Origin: Botryllus schlosseri
Lineage: Eukaryota
Assembly: GCA_051294905.1 (NCBI GenBank)
Contig: CM119371.1
Span: 26,476,001-26,540,000 of the forward strand
Direction of reading: 5' to 3'
DNA length: 64,000 bases
Shown here: positions 60,349 to 64,000 of the stretch, in pieces
How the letters are laid out: every line of letters starts with the position of its first letter
How positions within the stretch are numbered: the first letter of the stretch is position 1
The notes under the pieces: model-generated
Databases searched by the model: none
Told to the model about the DNA's origin: nothing
Seen by the model: only the letters and a program-made list of their open reading frames with translations
Program-made: the position numbers and the translations under genes

Positions 60349-63300
60349 TTGAACGCTCTCGTGTTCGATATTTCAGGTTGGTGATGCCATCTTTTTTGAT
60401 ACGATGTTCTTCTCCATTTCTTACTTGTTGTCAACGATTACCCACGGCCAGTGTCAGCCGAAAATATTCTTGTTGATTTCAATATTATTATACTATTCAA
60501 TTGAACTTATCAAGCGAAGTCGGCTGTCTATCCGATCTTCCATGAGGGGAACTGGTTCAGTTACGGTCGGTGCGAACGCTCCATCGCTGTCACGAATCAG
60601 AGCCTAAGTAAATTCTGAATGCACCGCAAGTCACGAAATAAAATGTATTTCAACAATGCAACGTGATCGTCTCATTTAAAAAAAGTTACACAATACGATT
60701 TAAAGAAGGTACACAATACGACATAGATCAGAAGGCCTCTTCAGTAAAACCTTACTCGTAGGATGACTGCTAAACACGGTTTTTCAACAGATTACAGAAA
60801 CTAATCATGTCCGTAACGAATCCTATAAGCGATGCGAACAGAATAGGACAACAGACGGAAAATCCTCCCACTTCAGTTCGGGTCAAATGGGGAGGGTGCA
60901 TTCGTGGAGTTGTGTCTGCCGTCTCGGACCCGGAAACTGTCGCGTAACTAGATTCGGCGCTGTCTCCACGAGTCAGTTTCAGGCTTATTACAAGAACGAA
61001 GCTGCCCGACCCAAGCATGAAAAGTATGTCCACCACCAAGCGCAGTAATATAGCACGCAAATTTTCTGAATGCGAAATCACATGACCAGTTAGCCCTGTA
61101 TAAGCGCTAACGAACCGTGTACATTAGGCTTCATAACAGCCCGATTTGGGCAGAGGTTGTCTATTTGCTCCTTCTGGTCGCAGATTTCAGAGAGTTTTTT
61201 TCGAATTATACCACTATCGTTTTAACGGGGCGATGTAAATAACAAACTAATTCACGTCGGAATTTTCCATTGTTAAAGCAATTTTTCTTGCCTACGCTAT
61301 CACAGGCCCGTCTCAAAACGAAAATTCGGGAAAAGAGATAGTTTCCCTTCAGGCATGCCTGAAACACGACGTTTGGAGGTTGCAATGTAACGAAATTCTC
61401 CACCGCAAACATAGTAGTATGTAATAAAATGGAAAAAATTGTAATACTTCGCTAATACCGGTTGGAATCGAGAAAGTTTTGGTGTACAGCATTTACTAGG
61501 CAATGTAACTATATATTGGGGTAATCGATTAACTGAAAAAAATTTTTATTGGTTTACAACTCACTTGATCGTATTTTCTTTTTCTGCAGAGCTGAATCGC
61601 GTTCCCTCTGTCGGTCTCGCTGTGTTTGATCATCGCGGTAGTCAGCCATTTGTCGGTCTACGATACGGACGCGATTGCGGCCATTGTCACTACGCGGCCC
61701 TAATCGTTCCCATACCGAGTCGTAGTACGTGTCGCGGGCATGGCTTTCTTCCGAGACGCCTTGTTCGCTTCTCTGCAATTGGGTCGACGTGGGAGCACTG
61801 CAATTATACAAAGCTGTAATGTGGTCAACGTTACTATAATCGAATTGGAAGTGGCCGCATTATTGGCACTCAAATAAAACAAACAAATAAAAAGCGGAAA
61901 TTATAAGACAAGCCAAAAACTACTACAATTAGAAGTTACAATGAATGGCAGACCTACAAAAAGCACTCGAGTCGTGGAAAAGGAAACATTTTTTGAGGTG
62001 TCGCAAGTTTGACTCGTGTTTCCCAAGCATTTTTACAAAGCAGATTGGACAACAAATCAGGAAGCAAACGCGCCACCCTTCTACACATCATGTCACAACG
62101 ACACCCACCAAGCTTACCCATAAAACAATTTTTTTTGTTCATGACATGCGCGTTGGTGCTTACTGTGGTTTTGTTCGATTCAATTCATAGGCAACGCGAC
62201 ACACAATACGTCATTCACAACTCCCTGGACATTTCAGGACATAAACCCGTGGTACCCAACCACCGGTCCGTCGCAACTTTCACCCGGTCCGCATAACATA
62301 TCAGACTTTTACGTCTCGGAACCAAAAGTTGAACGCTTTTAAATAGTGAAATGAAACATCAAATTTTGAATTAACGTAGAAATTTGGAATGCATTTGTCT
62401 GCCAGGCACCGTAATATTGAGTTCATGATCTGATTTGGAATTTACGCACGTCACAATGCAGAAAGCGTTGAATAAAACGATTTAAAAGTAGCCCACAACT
62501 CGTAGGTTTGAACAAAATCACGTTAGATTTCAACGACATTTTTAGCGAATATTCACAGTAGAATAGAGATGGGGTAACAGCAAAGTCGCATTTATTTATA
62601 GTTGAATACATTTGTCATAATGACAATTTCAGTGAATTCCGATTATTATTAAAGTGTTACCTGTCCGCACGGTCAGAACGTTCGGAACCACGGACTTGCA
62701 CAATCAAGAAGTAACGGAATCAAAGGCAATTGCCTTCCCCATACCATCGCACTACGTTATGATGTATATTGGGGTACTGAAAACGTGATCGTTGGTTTGA
62801 AAACTCATTGTTGCATGGAATGAAAAATGAACATCAACGTAGTGCGTTAGTGAGGGTTTCCGATAGAATGTGATCTCATATGGAAATATCTGCTGTTAGT
62901 GTGAAAGAGATATCGATTTACAGTTTTTCTAAACAACTTTCTGTAATTTCTTAACCCCCTCTTTCTCTGAACCTCCCATAATGGCTTATAGTTCTTACAG
63001 GGCACAAACAGCACTTCGCCAGCCTCCCTAAAAAACGTTGTTCTTGCGATCCCCCCAGGGATATAGTCCAAACTTCCGGGGCTGCTAATCTAAGACCCAC
63101 CATAAAGATAATTTGTTCACCGCTACTTCTCACAATTCATGATTGAATTGGTCAAAAATATCGGGACTTGCGTATCTACAATTTTTTACCCTCCCTATGC
63201 CCACGTAATTAGATTTTCCGGTACAGCTGAGCGAGGTGCTGTCTTGGAAAATATAGGGCCCGTAAATAAGAATTCATCATGTTCGGGCGGGCCCGATGGT

Positions 63301-64000
63301 ATAATGACTTCCTTACATAATGTGCTTTCGTGACCCCTGTCTGCTATGTCAGAAGATATTGAAAACGCCCAGACGTACTAAACTAAAAGACGCACACGAT
63401 TACAAATTGATATTTCTTCTGGCGAATAATTTTTCTCTGCTGGGATGTCATTTGTCTTTTGGGGTTCAGATTTTCAGGACAATAACATTCAGCGCCAGCC
63501 ATTTAGGTGCATATGGACAAAGAAACAAATATATTTGGGATGGTGTGAACCCCTGAAAAGTTCAGGTTCGTGTTAACGCGGGCCATTTTGAAAGGTTCTG
63601 CGTTAACCAGACTTGTACGAACTACTAGATTTTGAAAAAGCGCAGCTACAACTAGAACTTGACTACTCAATTTTAAAACTCGCAACTGTAACTATAACTA
63701 TAACTGCCCGATTTTCAAAATCCGCAACTAGAACTAGAACTACTCAAAGAACCGTTGGTAAGTTGAAAGGGTAGAAATTTAGCAACGGACGGGAAAACGG
63801 CGGGAACAATGGGTAGCTATTCTCATTTATGTATACCCAAGGAACAGCTTTTGATCTGAAATTGCTAGATGGAAATTGACATACATATAGTCTTCAGGGG
63901 TAGTGATGAATATAAGTTGATCTTATCAAGGTGTGTTGAGTCAAAAAAGTATGGGAACGATCGGTCTACCATATTCCATTTCCATATACAAATGCAGTGA

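Noticed and set aside
1..64000. Adjacent effector gene sharing the RHIM-like motif, or any prokaryotic-type operon or defence system
   Set aside because: No second copy of the motif, no death-effector domain and no operon-like ORF array was recognisable in this window.

Overview
This is AT-rich, repeat-dense eukaryotic (animal) genomic DNA with short GT-AG introns and no visible CpG depletion. A marine invertebrate such as an ascidian is my guess, but the sequence does not prove it. Most ORFs in the supplied track are noise. The main gene is a spliced minus-strand NLR/STAND receptor, which I assembled by hand into 12 phase-compatible exons (43238->24051, ~1016 aa): a short N-terminus, a NACHT/HD1/WH/HD2 module, then degenerate LRR-like exons. 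It has no death-fold domain. Instead, exon 2 encodes a cryptic-RHIM/amyloid-like motif (NQTIVNSSVTVVGRDQIHV), which is the best candidate for an undescribed system here. The left end holds exons for a signal peptide and a Cys-rich module that appear to sit inside a composite hAT element, plus a duplicated exon of an unknown gene. The rest is transposon debris: many non-autonomous hAT elements (13 with perfect 8-bp TSDs), a tRNA-derived SINE family, decayed ISL2EU-like and Harbinger transposases, L1/Tx1 and I-group LINE fragments, a foldback-like element and a tiny palindromic MITE. All gene models are manual and need RNA-seq confirmation.
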